Assembly: GCA_017553325.1 (NCBI GenBank)
Contig: JAFZMH010000008.1
Location: 180,964-244,963 of the forward strand
DNA length: 64,000 nt
Origin: Clostridia bacterium
GTDB lineage: Bacteria > Bacillota > Clostridia > Christensenellales > CAG-917
Direction of reading: 5' to 3'
Of this stretch, positions 1-8,440 are shown one piece after another. Under the pieces are notes generated by a model that saw only the letters and a list, made by a program, of their open reading frames with translations, did not search any database and was not told where the DNA came from. The translations under genes were made by a program, and so were the position numbers. Each line of letters starts with the position of its first letter. The first letter of the stretch is position 1.

Positions 1-411
1 TTTGATGGCGTCTGTTACGTCGAGTTCAAACGGCATATAGCCGCCGCTGTGCTCGCCGACTGCGATACCGTTCAAGGTCACTTGACACTCAAAATCGACG
101 GCGTCAAAGTGCAATACCGTGTGCGCCTTCAAAAAACTTGCGGGCACGTCGAAGTTGCGGTGATAGTAGAGCGCGTCCTTCGGGGTGACCATGGTGCCCT
201 CGGGAAGCCCCGAAAGCAGACTCTCGGGAGAGTAGGGGACGAGGATCTTGCCTTGATAGCGTCCGGTAAACTTTTCGCTCTTTCTCAAGATGGCATAGTC
301 CCATTTGCCGTTCAACGTGATATAACTGTCCCTTGCAAATTGGGGACGCGGATATTCTGAAAGTGGTATTTCGCTCACTTCAAATGGTGTGCGAAGACGT
401 CTGGTTGACAT
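1..411 (-). CDS. Glycoside hydrolase family 2 (beta-galactosidase/glucuronidase-like), N-terminal fragment; continues past window start
   Basis: Absent from the ORF track because it is open to the window edge. My minus-strand translation starts at ATG 409-411, with GGAGG (as CCTCC) at 417-421. It reads MSTRRLRTPFEVSEIPLSEYPRPQFARDSYITLNGKWDY...HTVLHFDAVDFECQVTLNGIAVGEHSGGYMPFELDVTDAIK. The LxFxxVxxxxxVxLNGxxVGxHxGGYxPFxxDVT block is the GH2 sugar-binding signature. Confidence 0.75.
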   Translation of the reverse strand, partial: MSTRRLRTPFEVSEIPLSEYPRPQFARDSYITLNGKWDYAILRKSEKFTGRYQGKILVPYSPESLLSGLPEGTMVTPKDALYYHRNFDVPASFLKAHTVLHFDAVDFECQVTLNGIAVGEHSGGYMPFELDVTDAIK

Positions 412-614
412 ATTAGCCTCCATATATTGTTATAAACTTTCTATTATTATACCATATATACCATATATCTTCAAGTGCCAATTTAAAAAATAAGGCGAAA
501 TTTGCAAATAATCGTACGGTTGTATGCAAAAGCACGATTTTTTACGAAAAAATTTGCAATGATAAAAAATTCGGTTGCCATCGCGGACGATTAGTGGTAC
601 ACTAAAACCACATA

Positions 615-713
615 GGAAGTAGTAGAATATCGTGCGTTAAGTGCCGGATGGACGCGGGGTGCCAACGGACGAAAAACCAAGGTTTGCGATACGATATTCA
701 CTCCGGGCTTGCC
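615..713 (+). promoter_or_regulatory. THF (tetrahydrofolate) riboswitch aptamer in the folC leader
   Basis: Read by eye: GGAAGUAG..GAAUAUCG-UGCGUUAAGUG-CCGGAUGG...ACGAA...UGCG..CGAUAUUC-ACUCCGGG-CUUGCC. GAAUAUCG (625-632) pairs with CGAUAUUC (692-699). CCGGA (644-648) can pair with UCCGG (702-706) as a pseudoknot. The GUAG, GCGUUAAGUG and ACGAA strings match the THF-I core as I remember it. A folate operon follows directly. Confidence 0.7.
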
Positions 714-759
714 GATATACGACAAACTTTTTTGGGGACGCTTCCGTGGGAGGCGTCTT

Positions 760-2088
760 TTGAATTATATCGAGGCAACAAACTGGATAAAGAATATCGA
801 GCGGGCGGGGAGCGACTACGGCATCGAGCGTATGCGCGAACTCCTTGTGCTTCTCGGCGAGCCGGACAGGGCACTCAAATACGTGCACGTTGCGGGGACG
901 AACGGCAAAGGCTCCGTATGCGCGTATCTCACCTCGATTTTGAAGGAAGCGGGTTTGAAGGTCGGCACCTACAATTCTCCTTCCGTATTTTGCTACAACG
1001 AGAGATGGCTTATAAACGGAGAACCCTTGAGCGACGAGCTCGTTGCCAAGTATCTCACAGTCGTAAGAGATACGATTGAAGCGGAGCAAAAACTCAGAGA
1101 GGCGTTTTCTCTCGACAAGTTTCAACCGACGGCGTTTGAGATAGAAACGGCGGTTATGTTCCTTGCTTTTTTCGAGGCGGAGTGCGATATATGCGTCTTG
1201 GAGACGGGACTCGGCGGACGTTGGGACGCCACGAACGTCGTCTACGATAAGGAACTTGCGGTAATAACTCCCATCGGTCTCGACCATTGCGGAATACTCG
1301 GCAACACGCTCGGCGAGATAGCAAGCGAGAAAGCGGCTATAATAAAAGACGTGGGAGTGACGCTGGAACAAGCCCCCGAAATCATGGAGCAAATTCGTCA
1401 TCCGTACGTCTTTGAGGATGGTAAAAAGACGGTGAGAAACCCGCGCATAGAACTTGCAAAAAAAACTGAGTTTTTGACTGCTTCAAAGGACTGGCAAAAG
1501 TTTTTGTACGACGGCGAAGAATATTTTATTTCAATGCTCGGCAGACACCAAATCGACAACGCGTCGCTTGCAATCTGCGCCGTGAAAGAACTCGTCAAAA
1601 AGCATTGGCAGATAAGCGATGACGCAGTAAAACGCGGGCTTGCAAACACCGTATGGCACGCAAGGCTTGAAATTGTAAAAAATGCAGAACAGAGGTTTAA
1701 TATAGTCGTTCCCGCAGGAAAAACCCTCGTTTTTGACGGTTCGCACAACCCGCACGGCGCAAGAACTTTGGCGGACGGAATTGCCGAATACTTCAAAGGA
1801 GAGCGCGTTGCACTTGTGCTTGGCATACTCAAAGACAAGGACTACGAGGGGGTTGTAAAGACGCTTTTGCCACGTGCGGACGAGGTCGTTTGCATCACTC
1901 CTCCGTCTCCGCGTGCGCTTGAAAAAGAGGCGCTTGAAACGACGGTAAAAAACGTCTGCAAACAACAAAACAAGGATATAAAAGTTTGCGTTGCAAACGA
2001 TATAAAAAGGGCGGTGCGGGACGCGCTTGACGGCGACGCTCAAGTCGTCGTGCTCTGCGGTTCGCTCACACTTTTCTCCGCGCTTTAA
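760..2088 (+). CDS. folC: Folylpolyglutamate synthase / dihydrofolate synthase
   Basis: Contains the [12 protein letters not shown]-loop and Mur-ligase-type layout. The track ORF is 709..2088. I trimmed the start to TTG 760 (GGGAGG at 748-753, 6-nt spacer) because 709-713 lies in riboswitch stem P1. The start remains uncertain. Confidence 0.9.
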   Translation: MNYIEATNWIKNIERAGSDYGIERMRELLVLLGEPDRALKYVHVAGTNGKGSVCAYLTSILKEAGLKVGTYNSPSVFCYNERWLINGEPLSDELVAKYLTVVRDTIEAEQKLREAFSLDKFQPTAFEIETAVMFLAFFEAECDICVLETGLGGRWDATNVVYDKELAVITPIGLDHCGILGNTLGEIASEKAAIIKDVGVTLEQAPEIMEQIRHPYVFEDGKKTVRNPRIELAKKTEFLTASKDWQKFLYDGEEYFISMLGRHQIDNASLAICAVKELVKKHWQISDDAVKRGLANTVWHARLEIVKNAEQRFNIVVPAGKTLVFDGSHNPHGARTLADGIAEYFKGERVALVLGILKDKDYEGVVKTLLPRADEVVCITPPSPRALEKEALETTVKNVCKQQNKDIKVCVANDIKRAVRDALDGDAQVVVLCGSLTLFSAL

Positions 2089-2105
2089 GGAGAAAGGAGG
2101 CAGAT

Positions 2106-2654
2106 ATGGTTGACAAGAAAAGAATTGAAGCAGCGGTGAAACAAATTCTCATCGCAATCGGCGAGGACGAAAACCGCGAAGGGCTCAAAGACACGCCCGA
2201 GCGCGTCGCCCGCATGTACGACGAATTGACGGCCGGCTACGACGATGACGCAAGCGTGCATCTTTCGCGCACGTTCGCGGAGACGAGAGGAGAACTCGTG
2301 CTTGAAAAGGACATCGCGTTTTCCAGTATGTGCGAGCATCATCTCATGCCGTTTTTCGGCAAGGTGCATATAGCGTATATACCAAACGGCAAAGTGGTGG
2401 GGTTGTCCAAACTCGCGCGCGTTGTCGAGGTGTATTGCCGCAGGTTGCAACTTCAAGAACGTATGAACGCCGAGATTGCGGACGCAATATGGCAGGAACT
2501 CTCTCCCAAAGGCGTGTTCGTCGTCGTCGAGGCGGAGCATACCTGTATGACCGCGAGAGGCATAAAGAAAGTCGGCTCCAAGACCGTCACTATGGCGGTG
2601 CGCGGTGAGTTTTCGGAAGAACTCAAAAATCAAGTGCTTGCACTCGTCAAATAA
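2106..2654 (+). CDS. folE: GTP cyclohydrolase I
   Basis: [36 protein letters not shown] is the classic FolE core. An AGGAGG RBS lies upstream. Confidence 0.95.
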   Translation: MVDKKRIEAAVKQILIAIGEDENREGLKDTPERVARMYDELTAGYDDDASVHLSRTFAETRGELVLEKDIAFSSMCEHHLMPFFGKVHIAYIPNGKVVGLSKLARVVEVYCRRLQLQERMNAEIADAIWQELSPKGVFVVVEAEHTCMTARGIKKVGSKTVTMAVRGEFSEELKNQVLALVK

Positions 2655-2655
2655 T

Positions 2656-3447
2656 ATGAGAAAATCATACGATTTTGAAATAAGCGGAAGACGCTTTGAG
2701 AGCGGAACGCACGTCATGGGCATTTTGAACGCCACACCCGACAGTTTTTTTGCGGCGAGCAGGTTGCAAGACGACGCGGTAAAGCGTGCGGGCGATATGC
2801 TGAAAGAGGGCGCAGAGATCCTTGACATTGGCGGACAATCAACTCGCCCGAACTCCAAGCCCGTGAGCGCGCTTGAAGAACTGTCTCGCGTCTTGCCCGT
2901 GGTGGAAGCCATACGAGCGGAGTTTAAGGACGCGCTCATTTCCGTCGACACCTACTATCCCGAGGTTGCACAGGCGGTTATTAGAGCGGGCGCGGACCTC
3001 ATAAACGACGTGAGTTGCTTGAATGACGACGAACTCGCCCGTGTGATTGCGGAGGGAGGAGCGTCCGTCTGCGTTATGCACAACAGAAGGGACAGCAAGA
3101 TTGCCGATATGTTCCTCGACAAGGAGATAGGACTTTCTAAGGCGGTGAAAAAACTTTTGAATGCCGGCGTTGAAAAGCAAAAGATTTTGCTCGACGGCGG
3201 AATCGGTTTCAACAAGTCCAAAGACGAGGACTGGGCGCTGCTTGAAGGCTACGGCAAACTCGTGGAATACTTTGACGAATATCCTTTGCTCCTCGGCACT
3301 TCGAGGAAGTCGATGTTTGGCGGAGAACCCGAGACGAGGCTGTCCGCAACTCTCGACAGCACCGCGCTTGCGGTGAAACAGGGCGTATTGTTTGTGAGAG
3401 TCCACGACGTAAAAGAGAACAAAGCGGTTATTACCGCTTTGGAGTGA
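2656..3447 (+). CDS. folP: Dihydropteroate synthase
   Basis: Contains GILNATPDSFF, DIGGQSTRP and GIGFNKS motifs. The start was moved to ATG 2656, 1 nt after the folE stop. The track ORF start 2605 overlaps folE. Confidence 0.93.
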   Translation: MRKSYDFEISGRRFESGTHVMGILNATPDSFFAASRLQDDAVKRAGDMLKEGAEILDIGGQSTRPNSKPVSALEELSRVLPVVEAIRAEFKDALISVDTYYPEVAQAVIRAGADLINDVSCLNDDELARVIAEGGASVCVMHNRRDSKIADMFLDKEIGLSKAVKKLLNAGVEKQKILLDGGIGFNKSKDEDWALLEGYGKLVEYFDEYPLLLGTSRKSMFGGEPETRLSATLDSTALAVKQGVLFVRVHDVKENKAVITALE

Positions 3448-3480
3448 ATTCTCACTGCGTTCGGTTATGGAAAGGAAAAT

Positions 3481-4308
3481 ATGAAAGGTACGATAATTTT
3501 GAAAGATTACGAGGTCGTGGCGTGCCACGGCGTGAACCCTGAGGAAAAAGCGGCTCCGCAGAGGTTTTTGTTTACCGTAAAAGTCGATACTGACTTTTGG
3601 GCGTCAAGCGCGAGCGACGACCTGAATGGTACCGTGAGTTATAGTGCGGTCAAAAAGGTTGTCAAAGCCGTCGCGCAGGAAAACTCTTTCGACCTCATCG
3701 AGACGCTTGCCTGCACAGTGGCAAAGAAAGTGCTTCTTGCGTTTCCTCTTGCCGACGGGGTGAGCGTCAAGGTCAAAAAGCCGGACGCGCCCATGAGCGG
3801 AAACTTCGACTACGTGGCGGTTGAAACTCGGCTTGAATGGACTGAGGCGTATTTTGCGCTCGGCTCGAACGAGGGGGACAGAAACGCTTATCTCGACATT
3901 GCAATCAATATGCTTGAGGCTGACGACAATTTCAAAGAAGTTGTTGAGAGCAAGAGAATAGAGACTGAGGCGTACGGCGGAGTGGCGACGGGCGAGTTTG
4001 TAAACTCCTGCGTCAGGCTCAAAACCCTGTATTCCGCACGCGAACTCTTGGCAAAAATCGGAGTGATAGAAAAAGCGGGGGACAGAGTCCGCACCGTGCA
4101 TTGGGGAGACAGAACTCTCGACGTCGATATTATCTTTTTTGGCGACGACGTGATTGGAGACGACGACCTCGTCGTTCCGCATCCTGATATGCAAAACCGC
4201 GAATTCGTGTTGAAACCTCTCCTCGAACTCTGCCCGAACAAAGTGCATCCTCTCTTCAAAAAGCGCGTGAGAGAACTCTATTTCGACCTTACGACAAAGA
4301 GACTTTGA
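3481..4308 (+). CDS. folB-folK: Fused dihydroneopterin aldolase / HPPK (6-hydroxymethyl-dihydropterin pyrophosphokinase)
   Basis: The N-terminal ~115 aa are FolB-like (ILKDYEVVACHGVNPEEKAAPQRFLFTV). The C-terminal half is FolK-like (AYFALGSNEGDR, WGDRTLDVDIIFFGD, VVPHPDMQNREFVLKPL). Confidence 0.9.
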   Translation: MKGTIILKDYEVVACHGVNPEEKAAPQRFLFTVKVDTDFWASSASDDLNGTVSYSAVKKVVKAVAQENSFDLIETLACTVAKKVLLAFPLADGVSVKVKKPDAPMSGNFDYVAVETRLEWTEAYFALGSNEGDRNAYLDIAINMLEADDNFKEVVESKRIETEAYGGVATGEFVNSCVRLKTLYSARELLAKIGVIEKAGDRVRTVHWGDRTLDVDIIFFGDDVIGDDDLVVPHPDMQNREFVLKPLLELCPNKVHPLFKKRVRELYFDLTTKRL

Positions 4309-4325
4309 TGTCAAAACGGCAAAAT

Positions 4326-4352
4326 AAAAGGCACTCAAACGAGTGCCTTTTT
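4326..4352. terminator. Bidirectional rho-independent terminator between folK and the antiporter gene
   Basis: AAAA-GGCACTC-aaac-GAGTGCC-TTTTT. Confidence 0.85.
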
Positions 4353-4365
4353 CGATATAAAACTT

Positions 4366-5499
4366 TTAGAAGATTGCGATGACGTGCAGTGTGTTGAGCA
4401 CGAGCAAGGTGATATAAGTCACGTAGCCTGCAATCAACAGTCCGCCTTGCCAACGCTGGAATTTGCCGAGCGCGAGAGCGGGGAGAAGCGCAAGTCCTGC
4501 GACTGCCAAGCAGAAGGGGAAGTCGAGCGTCAAACTCTGCGGAGAGACGGGGAGTGGCGTGCTGAATTTGCCTGCCGAAATAAACGAGCAGAGAGGCAAG
4601 ATGAGCGAAATATCAATGATATTCGCGCCGATGACGTTGCCGACCGAGAGGTCCGATTTCTTCTTTGCGATAGCGGTGATTGCGGTGACGAGTTCGGGCA
4701 GAGACGTGCCGACTGCGAGTATGGTGACGCCGATGAGGTCGTCGCTGACTCCCAAAAGGCTTGCAAATTCCGAGCCGTTGTCGCACATAAGTTGCGCTCC
4801 CACGACGATTGCGCCCGCACCTACGATAAAGAGAATTATGTTTTTGACGAGGGTGGACTTTTCAAACTGTATTCCCGTGCGTTTTATCGTAAGCATTGAT
4901 TTGGAGTTGAAATCCTTTTGGATTTCAAACTCAAATTCTTCTGCGGTGTACAATTGAACGCCGTCTTTTGAGATGTCGTCTTGTTCTTCAAGCGCGGAGA
5001 GTTTTGCATGACGTTTTGCGCTCAACAAATTTTCAACCATAAAGGCGAAGAAGAACGCAATGACAATGAGACCTTCCCACCATTCAAGCACTTTGCCAGT
5101 CGAACTGAGTGCCCAAAGGACGGAAATGACGCCCAGGAGCATACATATCTTTGCTATATAATCTCTGCGCTTCAAGATGCCAGGCATAAACAAGAGCGAA
5201 AGTGCCATAATAAGCGCGATGTTGCAGTTGACCGAGCCTACCGCGTTGCCGATTGCCATACCTGCGCTACCTTCGGCGGCGGACAGGCTGGACACCAAAA
5301 CCTCGGGCAGGGTAGTTGCAACGGATACTATCGTTGCGCCTATGATAAAAGTGGGGATGCCGCTGACCTCGGCAAACCAACTTGCCGCGTCGACAAACCA
5401 ATCGCCACCCTTGACGACGAGTGCGATACCGACAATAAGCAGGATGATACATCCTGCCATCGTCGTTGCTTCCATAAGACTTAAAACCGAAAAAAACAT
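4366..5499 (-). CDS. Ca2+/Na+ antiporter, CaCA (YrbG-like) family membrane protein
   Basis: Two alpha-repeat motifs are present (GATIVSVATTLPEVLVS and VGTSLPELVTAI; GNAVGSVNCNI and GNVIGANIIDI). It is multi-TM. The start is uncertain (ATG 5499, 5475 or 5460), with no clear SD. Confidence 0.85.
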   Translation of the reverse strand: MFFSVLSLMEATTMAGCIILLIVGIALVVKGGDWFVDAASWFAEVSGIPTFIIGATIVSVATTLPEVLVSSLSAAEGSAGMAIGNAVGSVNCNIALIMALSLLFMPGILKRRDYIAKICMLLGVISVLWALSSTGKVLEWWEGLIVIAFFFAFMVENLLSAKRHAKLSALEEQDDISKDGVQLYTAEEFEFEIQKDFNSKSMLTIKRTGIQFEKSTLVKNIILFIVGAGAIVVGAQLMCDNGSEFASLLGVSDDLIGVTILAVGTSLPELVTAITAIAKKKSDLSVGNVIGANIIDISLILPLCSFISAGKFSTPLPVSPQSLTLDFPFCLAVAGLALLPALALGKFQRWQGGLLIAGYVTYITLLVLNTLHVIAIF

Positions 5500-5593
5500 A
5501 ATCTATTTTGTTGGCATTTCAAGGCGCGGAACTTCGCAAATTTCCCTGAAAATGCAAAAATTGTGCCTTCCGAATAATGGAAGGCACAAAAAC

Positions 5594-6166
5594 TTATTCT
5601 TCGTCTTTCTTTGCTTGCGCTCTCAAAAGGTCGCGGATCTCGCGGAGCAAATCGTCGGTTGTTTCGACAGGTTCTGCAGGAGCAGGTTCTTCTGCCGGCG
5701 CTTCCTCAACTGCCGCTTCTTCTGCCGGTGCTTCTTCAGACTTCTTGACGAGTTTTTCTGCTTCGAGTTTTGCCTTTTCGCCCGCAGCTTTCAAGGTGTT
5801 GATGACCTTGATGATTGCAAAGAGAACTGCCGCAACAAGCAAGAAGTTGATGATTGCCATGATAAACGCGCCCCAGTTGATATAGACCGATTGAGTGAGG
5901 TCGATTTCCTGGATGCCGTTGACCCAGCCGTAGTTGTAAACTACGACGCCGTCCGCGTTCTTGCCGACGAGCATAGTGATGAGTCCGTTTACGCCGTCGC
6001 CAATCGGAATTGAGTCGATGAGAGGCTTGAAGATGTTGTTGACAAGTGCGGTCACGATAGCCGTGAACGCTGCGCCGATAATCATACCAACGGCAAGATC
6101 AACGACGTTGCCTTTGGTGATGAAATCCTTAAACTCTTTCAAAAGTTTGAATTTTGGTTTTTTCAT
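5594..6166 (-). CDS. mscL: Large-conductance mechanosensitive channel, long form
   Basis: KEFKDFITKGNVVDLAVGMIIGAAFTAIVTALVNNIFKPLI is the MscL N-terminal signature. The start was set to ATG 6166 (SD CTAGGAG), not the track start 6193. Confidence 0.9.
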   Translation of the reverse strand: MKKPKFKLLKEFKDFITKGNVVDLAVGMIIGAAFTAIVTALVNNIFKPLIDSIPIGDGVNGLITMLVGKNADGVVVYNYGWVNGIQEIDLTQSVYINWGAFIMAIINFLLVAAVLFAIIKVINTLKAAGEKAKLEAEKLVKKSEEAPAEEAAVEEAPAEEPAPAEPVETTDDLLREIRDLLRAQAKKDEE

Positions 6167-6317
6167 AACGTATCTCCTAGTTTGGTTATACAATAAATAT
6201 AATACTATATTTAGGTTTCGTCAAGAGAAAGATTTTTTTCCTATCAAAAAGTGCGTGCAAACGGCAAAAATTCTCATTTTTTCACGAGATATTGACATCT
6301 CGTTTTGATGATGCTAT

Positions 6318-6443
6318 CATAGAGTCGCTAGGGGTGCCGAGAGGCTGAGATTATACCCTTCAACTTGTGAGATAATCCTCGCGTAAGGAAGCCGATTTTC
6401 TATTTGTTGAAGCTTGAAGCACTCCTAGAAAGGAGTGTTTTTT
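6318..6443 (+). promoter_or_regulatory. TPP (THI-box) riboswitch with terminator / RBS-sequestering hairpin
   Basis: CTAGGGGTGCC..GGCTGAGA..ACCCTT..GATAAT..GCGTAAGGAA matches the THI-box core. Downstream, CACTCCTagaaAGGAGTG-TTTTTT (6420-6443) contains the SD of the following gene. A TTGACA-17-TATCAT promoter begins near 6294. Confidence 0.88.
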
Positions 6444-7670
6444 ATGACTGAAAAAGAAGTGAAAAAGGCGATTTATTCCAAGGTTAAAGACCTTATTGAT
6501 GGTACTTCTATGACCGCGCTCTATTTGACGATAGGGCTTGTTGTCGCAATTGTTGTGATTGGGCTTTTGATTTTCAAGTTCAAGCGCGACAAGTTTGAGA
6601 CCTTCAAAAAATGCGCGATTGGCGTTGTCGTCGGCTATGCCGTTGCGCTCACCGTCGTATTTGCCTATCTCGTCTCAGAAAAGAATATGTCAAACCCGAG
6701 CGTGGATATGGATATGTATGCGGTTTTGTTCTATCCGATTCTCGCGACGATACTTGTGATTGTTGCGGGCGCAATCGCAATGCTCGTCGCGTCCGTGTTC
6801 TCCAAAAAGGCGATGAAGGTGACGGGGTTTGTGACGCTTGCGCTGACGGCGGGCGGATTTGTCGCCATAATGGTGGAGATGTCAAAATATTATAAGGCTG
6901 TTGCGGATTGGTACCCCGACACCAACCTCACAGGGCTTATCGTGTCCGCAGTCGTGTTTATTGTGTTGACGGCTGTCGTATATTTGCTTGGAGACAAACG
7001 CAGCTTTAACGACACGAAATCTCTCGTCTACGGCGCGGTCGCGATCGCGCTTGCCTACGCGCTCTCCTACGTCAAGTTTTTCAGGATGCCGCAGGGAGGT
7101 TCGGTGACGTTTGCGAGTATGTTGCCGCTTCTCATCTATTCTTGTATGTTCGGCACGCGCAGAGGAACGCTCGTTTGTCTAATATACGGCACGCTTCAAG
7201 CAATGCAAGACCCGTGGATAATTCACCCTATGCAGTTCCTTTTGGACTATACGCTCGCCTATGGAATTTTGGGCGTCAGCGGGCTTTTTATGGAGAAAGG
7301 TCTTTTCAAAAACAAAAAGATTTTCGCCTTCCTGACAGGCGGTGTGTTGGCGGTGTTTTTGAGATACGCGTGTCATGTCTGCTCCGGCGTTTTCGCATTT
7401 GCGGACCTCACGGAATATGGCTCATACACGGGCGCGCTCGTGTATAGTCTCACCTACAACACGACGGTATTTGTGGACATGGTGATTGCTCTCGCCGCAG
7501 GTTCTACGCTCTTCCTCTCGAAGTCCTTCTCGGCGCAGATGCAGAGAAGCGCGGACGACCAAAAAGCCGAACCGCTACCGTATGACGAACATCACGACCA
7601 CGGCGACGAAGAAGGAATCACACCTTTCATTGTTCCGATTGAAAACAAGGAAGATAAAAGTGAAGAGTGA
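6444..7670 (+). CDS. thiT: Thiamine transporter ThiT/YuaJ family, with N-terminal multi-TM extension
   Basis: The C-terminal half has MPQGGSVTF, LLDYTLAYGILGVSG, LRYACHVCSG and YSLTYN, as in YuaJ/ThiT. A TPP riboswitch precedes it. ATG 6444 follows AAAGGAG. Confidence 0.88.
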   Translation: MTEKEVKKAIYSKVKDLIDGTSMTALYLTIGLVVAIVVIGLLIFKFKRDKFETFKKCAIGVVVGYAVALTVVFAYLVSEKNMSNPSVDMDMYAVLFYPILATILVIVAGAIAMLVASVFSKKAMKVTGFVTLALTAGGFVAIMVEMSKYYKAVADWYPDTNLTGLIVSAVVFIVLTAVVYLLGDKRSFNDTKSLVYGAVAIALAYALSYVKFFRMPQGGSVTFASMLPLLIYSCMFGTRRGTLVCLIYGTLQAMQDPWIIHPMQFLLDYTLAYGILGVSGLFMEKGLFKNKKIFAFLTGGVLAVFLRYACHVCSGVFAFADLTEYGSYTGALVYSLTYNTTVFVDMVIALAAGSTLFLSKSFSAQMQRSADDQKAEPLPYDEHHDHGDEEGITPFIVPIENKEDKSEE

Positions 7671-7687
7671 AAACGAATAAACGGATA

Positions 7688-7719
7688 AAGGAATGGTCGC
7701 GGAGGCGACCTTCCTTTTT
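7688..7719 (+). terminator. Rho-independent terminator after thiT
   Basis: AAGGAAtGGTCGC-ggag-GCGACCTTCCTT-TTT. Confidence 0.8.
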
Positions 7720-7853
7720 GCTCCTTTAGATCTCAAATCAAGCATACGCCTTGTCGGCGTATTCGTTTTTTATGCCCAAACGCCTTTGTATGCAAGCATC
7801 CACGCCGATTGCACATAAAAAAACACTCCCAACAAAGTTGAGAGTGCTTGATT

Positions 7854-7927
7854 TGGCAGGAGATATAGGAATCGAACCTACACAGTGGGAGTCAGAGGCC
7901 CAAGTGCTACCACTACACCAATCTCCA
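7854..7927 (-). tRNA. tRNA-Gln (anticodon CUG)
   Basis: Hand-folded cloverleaf: TGGAGAT..D-arm..TGGGC-CTCTGAC-TCCCA..GTAGG-TTCGATT-CCTAT-ATCTCCT-G-CCA. The anticodon loop is C-U-CUG-A-C, the discriminator is G, and CCA is encoded. Position 1:72 is U:U. Confidence 0.85.
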
Positions 7928-8056
7928 TCGCAACAACGATTATATAACATACGCAAAAAAAATGCAAATAAAATTTTAAATATCAACACATTTATTGACA
8001 GAACCGAAATATCTTGCTAAAATATACCACGCTGACTAAAAAATTATACCAACTAT

Positions 8057-8133
8057 CGGGGTGTAGCGCAGTTTGGTAGCGCGCATGGTTCGGGACCATG
8101 AGGCCGCGAGTTCAAGTCTCGCCACTCCGACCA
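8057..8133 (+). tRNA. tRNA-Pro (anticodon CGG)
   Basis: CGGGGTG-TA-GCGC-AGTTTGGTA-GCGC-G-CATGG-TTCGGGA-CCATG-AGGCC-GCGAG-TTCAAGT-CTCGC-CACTCCG-A-CCA, a clean cloverleaf. Confidence 0.93.
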
Positions 8134-8393
8134 GACGAAAAGACGTGCCAATCGGTACGCCTTTTTTCTTAAAGGCGCGACCTTTCAACCACGTCTTTTC
8201 GTCTGCTTCGCGCGCATAATTGTATGCTATATCACCACAATGACACAACAACTCAAACCAGTGTTCCGCACAATTCTGCGCTTGAATGCGCTGCGCGCGT
8301 CCACAAAAAAGTGCTTTGCACCGAGTTTGTGCAGTGGAACCTAGCAACATAGTTGCAACGGTACCACAAAAAGCAGCGCACAATTTTCGCCAC

Positions 8394-8425
8394 AAAAAAA
8401 CCGTCCGCAAATGGACGGTTTTTCA
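8394..8425. terminator. Bidirectional terminator downstream of the peptidase gene
   Basis: AAAAAAA-CCGTCC-gcaaat-GGACGG-TTTTT. Confidence 0.8.
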
Positions 8426-8440
8426 ACTGATTAAAAACAA

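Noticed and set aside
49-360. Plus-strand ORF of 103 aa at the window start.
   Set aside because: The opposite strand encodes a clear GH2 N-terminus with ATG and GGAGG at 409-421. The plus-strand product has no recognisable features.
8226-8400. Cluster of CCACA-containing 9-mers as DnaA boxes or an oriC.
   Set aside because: The best match to TTATCCACA is 7 of 9. There is no dnaA or dnaN, no AT-rich unwinding element, and the context is tRNA plus peptidase.
7738-8410. ORFs 7738..7989, 7751..8020 and 8036..8410 overlapping the tRNA genes.
   Set aside because: They run through tRNA-Gln, tRNA-Pro and terminator hairpins. They have no RBS and low-complexity products.
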